Positions 27,533-40,740 of a stretch of DNA of 64,000 bases are shown piece by piece. Origin of the DNA: Pseudogymnoascus verrucosus (lineage: Eukaryota); the NCBI GenBank assembly GCA_001662655.1, contig KV460251.1. One strand, 5' to 3'. Each line of letters begins with the position of its first letter. Position 1 is the stretch's first letter. A model generated the notes under the pieces. The model was not told where the DNA came from and did no database searches. It worked only from the letters and a program-made list of their open reading frames with translations. A program made the position numbers and the translations under genes.

Positions 27533-28861
27533 TCATGAAAATAAATCACCGATGTCTCTCCCGTAAGGTGAGGGGCCGCTGTGCACAACATATTCCTCGA
27601 AGCGCTGAGCCATCACACTCGGTGAACCTGTGTGCTGTTTGACGGGTTCCCAGTTCTCATCGTACAGCCCCGTTTCATGGAACCAGAAAATCTCGGCGGG
27701 CTGGCAAAGGACTGATGGGTGACCGCAGACATCCAGCTTTTCTAGCTGGAGGTGCTCCTTCATCTCGTCTATGAGCAGCTCAAGGTCGGCGGGCTGGTCG
27801 ACAGTGTTCCCCTTCAAGTCCTTTTTGCTCACGAATGCCCAGACTCGAAGACGTCTGAGTGTGGCCGCATGAGATTTGAGGAATGAACTTAGCTCTTCCG
27901 GGTGCCATGCTATCTTTTCCAGTATGAGAGTGTGTAGGTGTGGTAGCATCAGCCCATCTAGGAGGGGAGGGCAGTCCAAAACTGCCGAGAACGACAATTT
28001 GAAGCCTACGTGTAGTTCCCGAAGATTTGTGGCTCCTTTCAAGGCTTTGTTCAACTTGTTTGCCCAAGAGTCGCGGCTGTCGGTGGCATGATGATCCCTG
28101 AGGTTCTTGCATCCCATAACCAGTTTCAGGGTCGTCAGACCGTGGAACGCCGCTTCCAGGCCAGGGCGGTAGCAGTCCATATCCCAGATGCCAAAAGGTA
28201 AGAGGTCATTCGTTAGAACTCGCAGATTTAACGCTGACGCAGCGCGAAGGATCGCCATGAAGTGGACGATTTCGGCGTCGCCCGGCTCTGCTTTTGATAA
28301 GCCCATTTTCCAAGCATCCCACAAGACGAGGTCGTTGTATAGGCATTCTTCCATTTTGATGTCGATAGCCTCCAGATTTTTCATATTGGGGAAAGCTAGC
28401 TCCAAAATTTCCGGGTTGCAGAAGTCGTCTGCGAATGCCTCCTCCAGTCCTTTCTGCTTTTGATACTTGGCCATCGACTTCTCCATCGTCTCGGCGCTTC
28501 CTGTCCTTTCTTTAGCGCATTGCTGGAGACACAGGTTATTTCGAAAGTGAAAGTCATCAGCCTTCGCCATGTAGATTTCTACTCGATGGATCTGAGACGA
28601 GAAGTAGGGATGCTGAGATATTTCCATGAGCTTGGTGAAGTCGTCCCTATGGGGAAACAGTTTCAGCCGCGGGCTTAGTATGTATGGTTGGCCAAGAATT
28701 GCACATCGTTTGGACGTTAAACGGAACGATTTGCAGGAATCGACTCCAAGGTCTTGGAATATGGCTTCTATCAGCTCGGCAGGCAAGTATTGTAAGCCGA
28801 CTGGGTTCTTGTCGCCGTTGGCAGTCAAGGAATCCATGATACCGTTGAGGGACTCCATCAT
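27533..28861 (-). CDS. F-box-like protein with a leucine-rich C-terminal region
   Basis: LQYLPAELIEAIFQDL...KSFRLTSKR F-box pattern followed by LRR-like LRELHV, LHTLILE and LRRLRV; 442 aa, intronless. Confidence 0.7.
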   Translation of the reverse strand: MMESLNGIMDSLTANGDKNPVGLQYLPAELIEAIFQDLGVDSCKSFRLTSKRCAILGQPYILSPRLKLFPHRDDFTKLMEISQHPYFSSQIHRVEIYMAKADDFHFRNNLCLQQCAKERTGSAETMEKSMAKYQKQKGLEEAFADDFCNPEILELAFPNMKNLEAIDIKMEECLYNDLVLWDAWKMGLSKAEPGDAEIVHFMAILRAASALNLRVLTNDLLPFGIWDMDCYRPGLEAAFHGLTTLKLVMGCKNLRDHHATDSRDSWANKLNKALKGATNLRELHVGFKLSFSAVLDCPPLLDGLMLPHLHTLILEKIAWHPEELSSFLKSHAATLRRLRVWAFVSKKDLKGNTVDQPADLELLIDEMKEHLQLEKLDVCGHPSVLCQPAEIFWFHETGLYDENWEPVKQHTGSPSVMAQRFEEYVVHSGPSPYGRDIGDLFS

Positions 28862-29255
28862 GATGATTGAAGGTTGATAGATTTAAAGAAAGTCAGGCAC
28901 AAGTCAAGAAGTGGAAAGACAGCAGAATAACTCCATATACTCCTAATATGCTAAACCCACGCGCCATTCTTCTAAATAATGGCGGTAGCTGGTTAGTTTG
29001 CAAATTCCGTGGTTAGTAAATACCGGCGTCATTTGGTTTGAGGACGTTGACGTAAGGTACGTGCCGTAGTGCAGGGGCATGGGCCGTTCACGTAAACGAA
29101 GATAATTTACACGGGCAGTGGTCTGACACAGTAGATGCAACGACTTCAGTGGCAGCACCCCGCCATTAGCGCCGAATTGCAATTCTAGAAACCCAGGCTA
29201 TATTCCACATAGCGTCTGCTTTGAGTCCCTGGCTTTTGGCCTTTCACTCTCAAGA

Positions 29256-29515
29256 ATGCCGTCCCCAATTAGGTTCGTTCCGGCGCCTCATACCCCCAAG
29301 TGTGCTTCTGGTTCTAACATCTGCATTATAGTTGGTTTCGCGCCCTGACGCCGAAAGCACAAGGCCTCATCGGCATGGGCTTGCTATCATGGGGGGCAAT
29401 CGGGCTATACGCTTCGGATGCTGCAGAAGAAAAGCTCGGCTTTAAGCCGTCAGAAGAAGAAAAGGCGGCATTACGAGCCGCAACACCGAGAATCTCCGTC
29501 GTTGATCGCGAATAA
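29256..29515 (+). CDS. 66-aa single-pass membrane microprotein
   Basis: Exons 29256-29272 and 29332-29515 (GTTCGT...CTAAC...TAG) encode MPSPISWFRALTPKAQGLIGMGLLSWGAIGLYASDAAEEKLGFKPSEEEKAALRAATPRISVVDRE. Confidence 0.75.
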
Positions 29516-29946
29516 GCCTACCCTATTCTCCGACAAATGCGATATTCAAATGGACCCCAGATAATGGAAGGCGTTCAGGGGTTACAGGACCCATATTCAG
29601 GATCTGCGGACATGGCGCGGCGTTCTTTGGACGCGGCCGCATGAAGCTATCCAGAGTGCAAAGCGGGGATAGAACGAACAGACATGTATACCAATACGAT
29701 ATACCACTACAGGTGCCTAAATAGAAAAAAAAGAGTTACGGTGGGTTATGGGTGGGGGTTGAGGTGGCGATTCAAGATTTACAACGGCGTACATGGCGGG
29801 GCATCTTTTGCATTTCAGATCACCAAGGGATTGTAGGATTAGATGGACACTTCATATAATTAATCGTTGGAAGAGCTCTTCATTCATAATGCCGTAGTCT
29901 TTATCTCTATCGAAACACACGTCAAGTAAATGCAAATTAAGACCCT

Positions 29947-30940
29947 TTAAGTAGCCTTCTTGGCAAACTCGACCCTGAGAATGAGATGCTTGAAACCGAA
30001 ACCATCCATCGCCGAACATGCCTTCGCAGCATCGTCGCGGTTTGTGAAAGAAATGAAAGCAAATCCCTTCGCCATGCCCGTCTCCCTGTCCTTCGCGAGG
30101 AAAACCCTTGTGACGTGGCCAAATCTCTGGAACATAGCGCGTAACTCGTCCTCCTCTGCCAGCTCGGAAACCTAAGACAAAACGTTAATAGAGGCCAAAA
30201 CAACCCGTCGAGTAGGATATGCTTACGTTGGTAACACGGAGAGTGGCCAGGTCGTCCCTCTCTGCGTACTTTCCGCCACCCATGCGCTCGCCACCAGCCG
30301 CCGCACCGCCCGCGCCATTCCTCATATGTGGGGGGACATATGAGCTCTTTCCTGTCCCTAAGCCTCCTGGGCCCTCGGCCACATCGCCAGCGCCGGCAGC
30401 AACATCAGCTGTGCCCTCCTCGCCAACTGGTGCCATGGTGTCCTTGTAGGGACACTTGGCTGTGAAATGCTCTCCAGTACAGATTCTGCACTTGACTTTC
30501 TTGTCCTTCAGCTTATCCTTCATGCTTCCGACCTCGACCTTCTCCTCTTTCGCGTCCTTGCGCCAGTTGACGCTGGGCTTGAAAATGATGTTCTCGCCGA
30601 CGGTCGTTGTGTCCACAGCTGGTCCTGCCTTATCCTTTGCCGACAGTCCAAATTTGCTCCATCCCTTGCGTTCCGCCACACGAGGGTTGACGACCTCCTT
30701 CACAACGGTTGTGCGGATCCGGCGCGTCGTCTTGACCTTCTTGCCTTCATCGTTGATACGGTATGTGGTGATAGTCTTCGTTCCATCCTTGTTGGTCGTG
30801 ATTTGTTGCGGTGGCAGCTCGAGGGCGTTATCATCAAGCTCTTCATCGTCAGCCCAGTCGGGGCGGCTTGAGTGGGGTTAGTAGGGTTCACCGCATCCAA
30901 ACGCGAACATATATACTTACTTTGCTACTTTGGAGGCCAT
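29947..30940 (-). CDS. TIF35: Translation initiation factor eIF3 subunit G
   Basis: DWADD N-terminus, [16 protein letters not shown] zinc knuckle, YVPPHMR and a C-terminal RRM (KGFAFISF). Exons 30940-30921, 30866-30227, 30171-29947. Confidence 0.96.
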
Positions 30941-31544
30941 GTTGAGGCTGGATTCTGCGATGTTTGGGCAGAAATAGTCTCAGTTGTCTGAAGGGTTTCA
31001 AGGCGCAAACGGTTGGTGGCCTCGATGGGGTCGAATTTCGGATATAGAAATGTTCGTGGGGCTCGTTAGCGGCAGAACATTTCGCGATGTGGTATGTGGT
31101 CACGTGATCTACTGATTGCAATCGTAATCCAAGGCACTAACACATACCATCAGATTCTAAATATACTCAAGCCTCTACTGTACAAAAATAGCCCACAGGA
31201 GTCACACTTCAAACCCATGATACAATCACAATATCGTAAAAAGATATGTATACAATGAGAGGGGATTTCATCATATTATTCGTTTTTAATCTGTTTTTAC
31301 ACTAAGAGCCGTGCTCCATATCTCGAAATGCCCCCGTATGCTCTGTCTGTATAATACAACGCCTCCGTCCCGAGCTTGATAAACCTGTGCCCAATTGGGA
31401 GAACTAATACAACAAAGAATACCGCTTAAACCGCGATTTACGAGTACAAATGGTACAACAACCTGATGAGCCGCATCTATGCAACATCAAAGCTTCTGTG
31501 ACATAAAAAAAAATGGTAGTTTTCGATCCTGGTAGTGACATCCC

Positions 31545-33738
31545 TTACTCCTTCTTCTCACCCTCCTTTGGCTCCTCTGGCTTGGCCTCACCGGCCTGGC
31601 CAGACTCAGAACGGGCCTTGTGCATCTTATCGAACAGGTTCAAGCTGGCCATCTGGAGCTCGTCGGACTTCTCCTTGAGCTCAGCAGCGGTGGCGGTACC
31701 CTCACCAGACTGGCTCTTGGCGACGAACTCGCGAAGGGCTGCAATCTTCTCGCGGATCTGATCAGCCTCGGTCTTGTCGAGTCTGTCGGCAAACTCGTTG
31801 AGTGCCTTCTCGGTATCGTTCAGGACGCTGTCCGAGCGGTTGGCGGCCTCAATGGCAGCCTTGCGCTCCTTATCAGCCTCAGCGTACTTCTCAGAGTCGT
31901 TGACCATGTTCTGGATCTCCTCATCGGAGAGACCAGATCCGGAAGCCAGGGTGATAGACTGGTCCTTGTTGGTAGCCTTGTCGGTGGCGTGGACGTGGAC
32001 AATAGAATCGGCATCAATGTCGAAAGTGACCTCAATTTGAGGAACACCACGGTGTGCTGGTGGGATACCAACAAGCTGGAAGTTTCCGAGCAGCTTGTTG
32101 TCGCGGACAAGCTCACGCTCTCCCTGGTAGACCTTGATCTCGACAGCAGTCTGGAAATCAGCGGCGGTGGAGAAGATCTGGGACTTCTTGGTGGGGATGG
32201 TGGTGTTGCGGTTGATGAGACGGGTGAAGACACCTCCGAGGGTCTCGATACCAAGAGAGAGAGGGGTGACATCAAGGAGGAGCACATCCATGACCTCACC
32301 GGCCAGGACAGCACCCTGGATAGCAGCTCCGATGGCAACAGCCTCATCGGGGTTGACAGACTTAGCTGGGTCACGGCCGAAGATGCTCTTGACGGACTCG
32401 GCAACCTTGGGCATACGGGTCATACCACCAACGAGGATAACCTCCTGGATGTCCTTAGCCTGGAAGTTGGCATCCTTGAGTGCCTTGCGGACTGGCTCAA
32501 TGGTGCGGTTGATAAGAGGGTCAACGAGGCCCTCAAGCTGGGTCCTGGTCATCTTCATGTTGATGTGCTTTGGTCCGGAAGAATCGGCAGTGATGAAAGG
32601 AAGGTTGATATCGGTCTGCATGGAAGAAGACAGCTCAATCTTGGCCTTCTCGGCGGCCTCACGGATTCTCTGGATGGCCATGCGGTCACCCTGCAGATCG
32701 ATGCCAGAAGTCTTCTTGAAGTCCTGGACAAGGTGGCGAACAAGGGTGATATCGAAATCCTCGCCACCCAAGTGAGTGTCACCGTTGGTGGACTTAACCT
32801 CGAAAACGCCCTTCTGGATCTCGAGAACGGAGATATCGAAGGTTCCTCCTCCAAGATCGTAGACAGCGATGATTCTGTCCTCCTCCTTCTCAAGACCGTA
32901 TGCAAGAGCAGCGGCAGTAGGCTCGTTGACGACACGGAGAACGTTCAGGCCAGCAATTTGACCGGCATCCTTGGTGGCTTGGCGCTGGGAGTCGTTGAAG
33001 TAAGCTGGGACAGTGACAACGGCGTTCTTGATTGGCTTGTTGAGGAAGGCCTCGGCGGTCTCCTTCATCTTCTGGAGGACGAATCCACCAACTTGCGATG
33101 GCGAGTACTTCTCACCGCGAGCCGAGACCCAGGCATCACCGTTTGTGTGTTGGACGATCTTGTATGGGACCTCCTTAATATCGCGCTGCACCTCAACATC
33201 GGTGAACTTCCTTCCGATCAATCGCTTGGTGGCGAACAGGGTGTTCTCGGGGTTGACAACAGCCTGACGCTTTGCGGACACACCGACCAAACGCTCACCG
33301 TCTTGTGCAAATGCTACGACGGAGGGAGTTGTGCGGGCACCTATTGAATAATGTTAACATTGGACCTAATGGATAAAATAGCATATTATCATCAATGCTT
33401 ACCTTCAGAGTTCTCGATAATCCTTGGGACCTTGCCCTCCATCACGGCAACGGCAGAGTTTGTAGTTCCTTTGGGTAAATGTTAGTACGTGCCGATATCG
33501 CATAGTATCGGAGCATTCTTACCCAGATCAATACCGATCACCTGTCCCTTGACCTTCTCCTCGGCACCGGCAGCGGTAGACTCATAGCGAGCGAATTTAG
33601 ATAGTAATGGTGCGCGGTTGGCTGTGCGTGTGAAGGAGGTGGTTGCCCGGGGAAGCTGGAAAAGACGGAGTCAGTAAAAAAGATTCGGCCCAGATCGATC
33701 CAGTTACTTACAGCTCTGGAAAATTTAGAAGCCAACAT
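31545..33738 (-). CDS. SSC1: Mitochondrial Hsp70
   Basis: Presequence [17 protein letters not shown]..., [29 protein letters not shown] and [13 protein letters not shown]; three introns in the 5' part. Confidence 0.96.
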
Positions 33739-34383
33739 CGTTGACGTTAATGGTATTATCAATGAACTCCGAATATATTATTACAAAATGAGGATGAAAT
33801 GGTCGTAAGGTAGAAGGGTGAATTGGAGATGGTTGTTGAAGATTGAAGGGGATGATGGGAGGAAAAAGTTCAGAACGTCTCGAGAATTTTAGAAGACGAG
33901 AGAACGCGCTAGTCCGGTACTGGGCCCGCTGCATGCCTTAACCCGAGGGGGCGCGGTAATTTAGTAATTTAACGAGTTAGCGGAATTTGACGCACGTGAT
34001 GGGGTTAGTTCTCCGGACTTTGCGGGTAGTGGGTTGACGGTTGACGTAGTAGGACCGTAGTAGCACGACCTGCATATCCGACTCCAATGATCATGATCCA
34101 TTTCATGACTAGAGCATCTTAGAAGTACCCTTATCTCGTTGTAATGCGCCATTTGAAGCTCCAGACTCCAACATCTCTCTCAACGTAACCCGATCAACGA
34201 ACTCAGATCTCACATACGGCTTCATTGAATCGATCAGCTTCAGCAGAACAAAGAGAGGAGCCTAAATGGCTTCATGTGAGCGCGCTTCTGCCCTCTGAGC
34301 TCCGCAATCTCTCTCTCACATGCACGTTGTGCTATGATTTGATTCATGACAACAACGGCCATACTGTTGGACGAATGGCAGCT

Positions 34384-36528
34384 ATGGCTGTGAAATATGA
34401 CTCCTTGTGAGTTCATACTGGGCTCTGACCCCGCTAATAACCATGACCTCTTCTGACTGACTGCGAAAGATACCATGCCACCGACAACTTGATATTGCCC
34501 TGTCCGAGAAAGCAGTACCGTGCGTTTATGCTCGCAGGCCATTGGCAGCTTCGATCGTTTGTCCACTCGCCCAGCTTGGGAAAGGTCCATTATCTAGGCG
34601 TCCGAGATATTTATGAAATCGACACCTCGAAACGAACCCGGCGCATTGTGGATACATTATCATTTAAACCAAAGTGCCTCGTGTCCTCAAACGGATGGAT
34701 ATGCTGCGGAGGTGAGAAGGGGAGATTTGCAGCGCTCCACCTGGATTCGAATGAAGGTGGTGTTGGTCCTCCCAGCGAGGCTGACGTCCGGTTACCTCTG
34801 GACCTTGATCCGTTCAGACGGTTGCATCTAAGCTTGCAAAATCGCGATTCTAGGCCCGGGACCAGCGCTGATGCAAATCGGAATCGATCTCAAATGAGAA
34901 TTATCGGCGATGAGATCCTAAACTGCATAACATTATGGTTTCCCGGATCCGAGGTCACAGAAGGTGCATACTCAAAGCCCGTTGCTGTTGTCGCAAGTAA
35001 CGATCTTTCCGCTTATATCGTCGACCTGGAAAGTTTGGAAGTAATAGACAGTGTAGAGCAGGTTGATCCAGTTAACCTGGGCCGAATCTCGCCCGACGGC
35101 TCCGTTCTTATCGTGGTGGGCGATGACCCTTACATGCACGTGTATAAAAGGACTCTTGAAAGCGGCTCTAGAAAGAACGAAGAGGAATACTCATGGACCA
35201 AATGCCATGCTGTGCAACTCCCAGGACAGCGCATTAGTGATGAAGGGGATATGCGAGGGAGCTTTGCTGGCGACTTTTCTGACAGGTATCTGGCGGTTGG
35301 GACACAACATGGAATGATTGCTGTCTATGAGACTGCCCATCTTATTCGACCGGAAAAACCACGTCCAATCGTGACTTTTCCAACAACGCGCCCAAACACA
35401 AAACACGGTGCAGTGAGGTCGCTTCAATTTAGCCCTTCAAGCCCATATGACCTCCTCGCAGTCACTGAAGATGGGGGGCGAGTAATCGTGGCAGACGTCA
35501 GAAGTTTAAATACTCGTCAGGTTATGGATGTAGGCGAAAGTGTTGAGGGATTTGAACTTGTCACCCTTACAGAAAGTACTGGTGACGATGTTATCGACCC
35601 ACGCCTTCAGGCTGATCTTGATGCTAGAGGTGATGAGTCTACAGATTTCTTCGACTCCTTCCTAGACAGTGGTCAGCGACGTGCGGCTCCCCAATTGATC
35701 AACCACGGCACTCATCAGCTCACTCGCGACGAAACAGCGGTCTTGGAGGCTCTGCAAATCGAAAGGAGGCGACGGGAAAGAGAAACAAACCCAACCGCCT
35801 CGAATAACCCATGGAACAGTGTCGCGGATGAACTTCGCGCAAGAACTCGAACTGGCGAACGCAGGTCGCCCAATACCAATCTTCCGGGGCCCCTCAGGGA
35901 CCTACTTAGCAGCAGAAATACTGATTCACTGCGCGCGTTGGTCCTGGAGCGGAATCAAGACCGAGAGCAGAGAGGGTTGCCACCACGAAGACGCGGTGTT
36001 ATGACCGCCGCTCGCGCGGGACTAGATCCTGAATCAAGAGACCCCACCAGAGTTCCGGATAACCAGCCCATTGATGGCGACGCCATGCCCCGAATATCCC
36101 TCCACTTGCCATCGTCACTGAGCATCCATTCATCACCAAGCTCGGCTGAAGTAGATGCAATATATAGCATGGCCATGGACTCGCAAGACCCATCTGCCCG
36201 TTTACAGCTTGGGGTCGATGACGAAGTCCGTAGAGAAACCATCAGGCAGGCCGATGAACTAGCCTCGATGCGTCGACGCCAGAATGAACCTTGGACTAGT
36301 TCTCCCGTACAAGCAAGGTACTCGGGACAGCGTGATCCACCGGAAGAGAATCAAACTACCGGCTGCACGTGGAGCCGAGATAGCCGCACATTGTAAGTTG
36401 TCTCTCGAGATGCGTTCTGTCGATTCGTAGCTAACCAGGACAGATATGTCGGTACCGAAGGGGGAATGTACGAGTTTCCGGTGAACATCACTAACCGCAA
36501 GATCTTCCCCAGCATCAAGTGGAGATAG
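34384..36528 (+). CDS. DUF2415 / WD40-like beta-propeller protein
   Basis: HWQLRS and GAVRSLQFSPSSPYDLLAVTEDGGRVIVADVR; C-terminal TGCTWSRDSRTLYVGTEGGMYEF; introns 34407-34469 and 36393-36443. Confidence 0.82.
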
Positions 36529-37303
36529 GCCTTAATGCTTCCGGTTTGGCGTACGGCGAGGGACAGGCGTGACTTCTGGTTGCTTTTGGATGACGGCTAC
36601 GAATGCATGGACATACGGGAATACATTAGCCATTGATGGCTTCTACTAGGCGTTACTGTGTCGGCTTTGGAGGTACCTCGTACCTACATTTGGGGGGAGG
36701 GGGCCTGGCGCAGTTTGGACATCTTTATGAACCCGACGACTCAGGCAGCAAGGTCTGATGGAGACCTATTTTTGAGGCAATGAACGAATATATATTATGA
36801 CCTATGCTTTTGCTTTCAACGTGATCATGTTTGTCTGCAAGGGTTGGATCACTGCAGTAAATCTATCATTCTTGACTTGATCTATGCTACATATAACGTT
36901 GCAGATGTCTTAAAACTCCAATATCAGCTTGAAGTATTTATACACATCATTGATATGTAGATAGGTCCAAGCTAGCAAATGGAGCAAGTGCAATAATACC
37001 AGGCTGTAAAAAATTGAATGGACTGCAGACCTCCCCCAAACCCAACCTCAAAACAACGCTCAAGCACAGCAAACCCACCCAAATCACTCCACCCCAAACT
37101 CCACCGTGACAATAATCCTCCAGCTCCGGGATTTGAGGCCTTTCTATTTACAATTGGCCCAATATTCGTAATGGCGTCTAAGAACTTGCTGATTACAGCA
37201 CCGACTCACGCGCTATCGGCCCAAACTTGAGGCATAAACTGGGTATGTGGTCATAATTTCGTTGCTGATGGCAAATACTTTGTATCTCCATGCAAGTATG
37301 CCA

Positions 37304-39593
37304 CTAGCCCATGGGCAGTAGAAGCTTAGAGCAGAACCGCAACTCGTAGCACCTTGAATCCGCAGGGTCGAATGTTGCATTATTTTGTTTATCGAGAACC
37401 TCCGCATCTAACAAATAGTCAGCATTCATATCATAACAATCGAAAACACAGGTTTAGTGAGTAGTGAAATGTAGGACTTACGGCTCAGATTAAGTTTCTC
37501 AAAGTAGTTTTGTACCGTCGAATCCAATTCCGTGGCCAGTATCCCGTCCGGCATCCTCGCATAGGTCTTTGGTGGAATATTCCGCATCCGCAGCAACATC
37601 TGTAGCATATCCGTGATGCGATCGCCCTGGCTCCCATACCAGATCGGTGTCTTGTCGAGCGGCCAGCGAGCCTTCAGGTAGTCTTGTTCCCAGGACTTGA
37701 AGAGCCATGTCGACTTCTCGACGCAATTCAAGAGGATGATCGCGACAAGGAATGTCTCGAAGGATGAGGTAGAAGAGCGCTGGAGCAGACGTCGTTCGAG
37801 GTCGTTCAAAACAAGTTTGCTGGTCTGTGCAGCTTTCTTCTCCACTGCCGCGCTGAGCTGCATGCAGAGCAGCTGGTAAGTAGTTCCTTGCGGATCGATG
37901 GGATGGCTTTCTGAAGTTTCATCGCCCATGGTTCTGCGTTCCGATAAGCTCCATTTCAACTCGTGGTCGACAAGGATGTGCACCGTGGCCCAGAGCTCGA
38001 GGGCGCGACTCAAAAGGCTATCCTGCTTTTGGATGGAGAGTTCCATGGCGACACTGAGCGTGACGTTCATGAAATGTGAAGGCTCTTTTTCGAAGAATAT
38101 TGGGGACATCCGCTGCGCATACCCTTCAATTTTCATTGGCAGATCATCATTGTCATTATCGAGGATCCGAAGACTCTCGCTGGTGAAATCTATATTCAGG
38201 CCTAGGATCGGGTCGATATTCTTCTCTGACGGCAAATCTTGTCCCTCTAGAGCGTTGAATCCCGCGTATATGTTTGTTTCCGGATAATGAGAGGCCTCGA
38301 TCTGATTTACAGATGCTGTGAAGTTGACGCGGCTTTTCACGGCGTTGACCTCATGGTACGCGAGAACAGCATGTAGACCAGCAGAATACATGTCCAATTC
38401 GTCGGCAAGGCGGGTTCTCATACATGGCTGCTTCCATAAGCGCGCACTTTCAACATTTCGGCATGTATTGCACGGGGTCTCTCCGGAGCAAGGCTTCTTC
38501 AACATTCTGCAGCGAATGCAGGCCCCTCTTTTACGGACTTCCTGTACCTCCTTCCTGCGGTTTGGAGTGAATCTGCCCCGGACCTTTGGCTTATTAGCTC
38601 TTTGGCCATTTCCATACTCAGCACTGAATTCCGTTGTCATGCCCGTGTTAATGGCGATGGCCCGAGGGAAATTCTGCTGCTGCTGGGCTCTAGGCTCCTC
38701 TACGTGGCTTTCGAACCCTTCTGGGTCTGGGTACATGTTTCCGCCGGATCCATCCAGCATCGGCCAAGTTGGCTGATCTGCTGGACGATGGACGAAATAT
38801 TGGTCGCTTATAGTGCTGTCTTTCAGGCTGTTTATGTCCGACGCAAGACTTTCTGAGATCTCCTGTGGAAGGCCTTCGCCGAACAGCTGTGGGTCGACCA
38901 TAGACGATGTGAATCTGGCCGAGGCTGCAACAGCCATGCTAGTTGCGGCCGCCATGTTCAGTGGCGGGGGTGGGGACGTCGACGGGGCATTTTCTTGGGC
39001 AAAGTTGACGGGAGGGAGTGTAGATTCGCTATCTCGACGAGGGGTAAGTTTCTGGCTCAAGACTGAATTATTAGCATAACTATTGGAGGTATTAGAGGCC
39101 AGTTCCTACGTTTCTTATCGCGTTGGACACGGGCTTCATAGCTAAGTGGAGGGTTGTCTGGAGTCCATTGTTCTTGTAGCTCAAATCGATCAATCCTTGG
39201 TGTCTCCTCAGGCCGCGGGTCGGCACTGTGATTATGTTGGGTTCGATCATCTTGTTTTTCGCTCAGATCAATCTGTCTTGATACCTCTGCGAGTGTTTCG
39301 AGGGCTGTCCAGTTGCGATTGCCGACGGGTAACTCGACAGAGGACGGGTTGGCCTGATTGCGAGCATCGGTAATATCGGGAAGATCGTTGAGCTGGAGCA
39401 GAGCCTTCTGCCTATCCCGGAGAGAAATAGCAGGGCATTTTTTAACAAGATGCGTAGTGAGGCTGTCGATTCGTCCCTTGGGGAACTTTTCGCCGCATGC
39501 TCGGCAAGTGTGCTGGTATCGATTGCTCGAGTCCTCGAGTTTTTGGCCGCGTTCGAAAAATTCAAGGATAAGCTGGTTGGGTTTCCTACCCAT
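37304..39593 (-). CDS. Zn2Cys6 transcription factor with an N-terminal BED-like zinc finger
   Basis: N-terminal CRAC...LTTHLVKKC; internal RKRGACIRCRMLKKPCSGETPCNTC; introns at about 39109-39063 and 37481-37408; last exon ends ...RFCSKLLLPMG*. Confidence 0.85.
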
Positions 39594-40029
39594 TTTGGAG
39601 GCAGGTGAAACCAGGCAAAACAGTTATATCGGATATACTAAGAGGATTCGAAGTATTTCAAATGGGTTGTGCTTGGCTAAGTTGTTGGTTCGAGGCTTTC
39701 CCAACGGCCAAGACCAGGATGGTGCGATGCGACGGTACTGCGCACCTTCCGCGAGTCAATTGGGAATGCAGTTAAGTCGAGGATTCGAAGCTCGAGGCGT
39801 CTGATAAGTATGCAACCCCAAACATTCGGAATGGCTCTTCTGTGGACGAGTATGTCGCGTCGATTATGATGCTCATAGAAATTCGAGTGGCCACAAAGAG
39901 TAATGCCAGTTCTATGTAGGCGGTGTCGTGAGATGATGATTAGGCGGTGTCGAAAACACGCTAGTGCGGAAGTAATACGTCCGTGCACGGGCCATCATTC
40001 GCCGATCTTTTTTGCCTCTCAAATGAAAT

Positions 40030-40230
40030 TATATCAGGCCATTATGAGAGAGTGGAGTTTATAAGGATGTTTTAAGATAGATGACGGGCATCTTCAGGTA
40101 GTCTACATTATTAGTCTATATTATTATACAACAAAGATAAATATTAATAATGATTAGTTGGGATTTAGTTTCCAGTTATTAATTAATTGAATTATAATTG
40201 TTAATTATTATTCTCACTATCAAGTTCTCA
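40030..40230. other. AT-rich tract at the core/accessory transition
   Basis: TpA-rich stretch (e.g. TTATTAATTAATTGAATTATAATTGTTAATTATTA) contrasting with the roughly balanced composition of the upstream genes. Confidence 0.6.
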
Positions 40231-40469
40231 CCCCCCGATCTCTTGTTTCTCATGTGAGTTGCTACATGAAAATATGTCCCAATTATTGAACCTTGAGAAT
40301 TTAACTGAAGGTCTATAAGAAGACCATAATTCCCCACAGAAGTAGAAGCGTGTCTCTAGGCCTATCAAGCTTGATGGTCTCAAATTCGTGGATTTGGCTC
40401 TCCATTGGGCACCAAACGATGATATTCGTCATAAAACAAGCAGAAAACCCTCCAAATCGCGCTTAATGC

Positions 40470-40740
40470 CGATAACCCATGGAAACACAAAGATTTAATA
40501 ATTTTGCCGCTCTCCTGGATAAGGGTAGGAAAGTCCTTCTGACCCGTGCCATGGATGTTAACCAACAAGTGCTTCGTTTTGAAAATTTAAAACATCGCAA
40601 CCTCATCACCAATTTAGGCTTTCTTGGATGTATACCGGAGAGTCTCGAAGCTCGATGAAGTTATTTTCCTGAGGATGAAATTTCTCAAATTGGGAATTGT
40701 ATAAAGGGGGTGGATTCAGATACCAGGAGACGTCTAGAGT
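40470..40740 (+). pseudogene. Possible decayed protein-kinase-like fragment
   Basis: Broken frames read DNPWKHK..., LDKGRKVLLTRA and QQVLRFENLKHRNLITNL, which resembles the kinase LxHxNIV segment. Weak support. Confidence 0.25.

Noticed and set aside
31620..33347. 575-aa ORF antisense to mitochondrial Hsp70
   Set aside because: Long antisense frames are a known by-product of biased codon usage in Hsp70 genes; no independent motifs.
33860..33905. Heat-shock element upstream of SSC1
   Set aside because: GAA/TTC triplets are present but spacing is imperfect; not enough support.
30714..34951. Isolated CGGATCCG matches at 30714 and 34944
   Set aside because: Single sites inside coding exons, consistent with chance occurrence.
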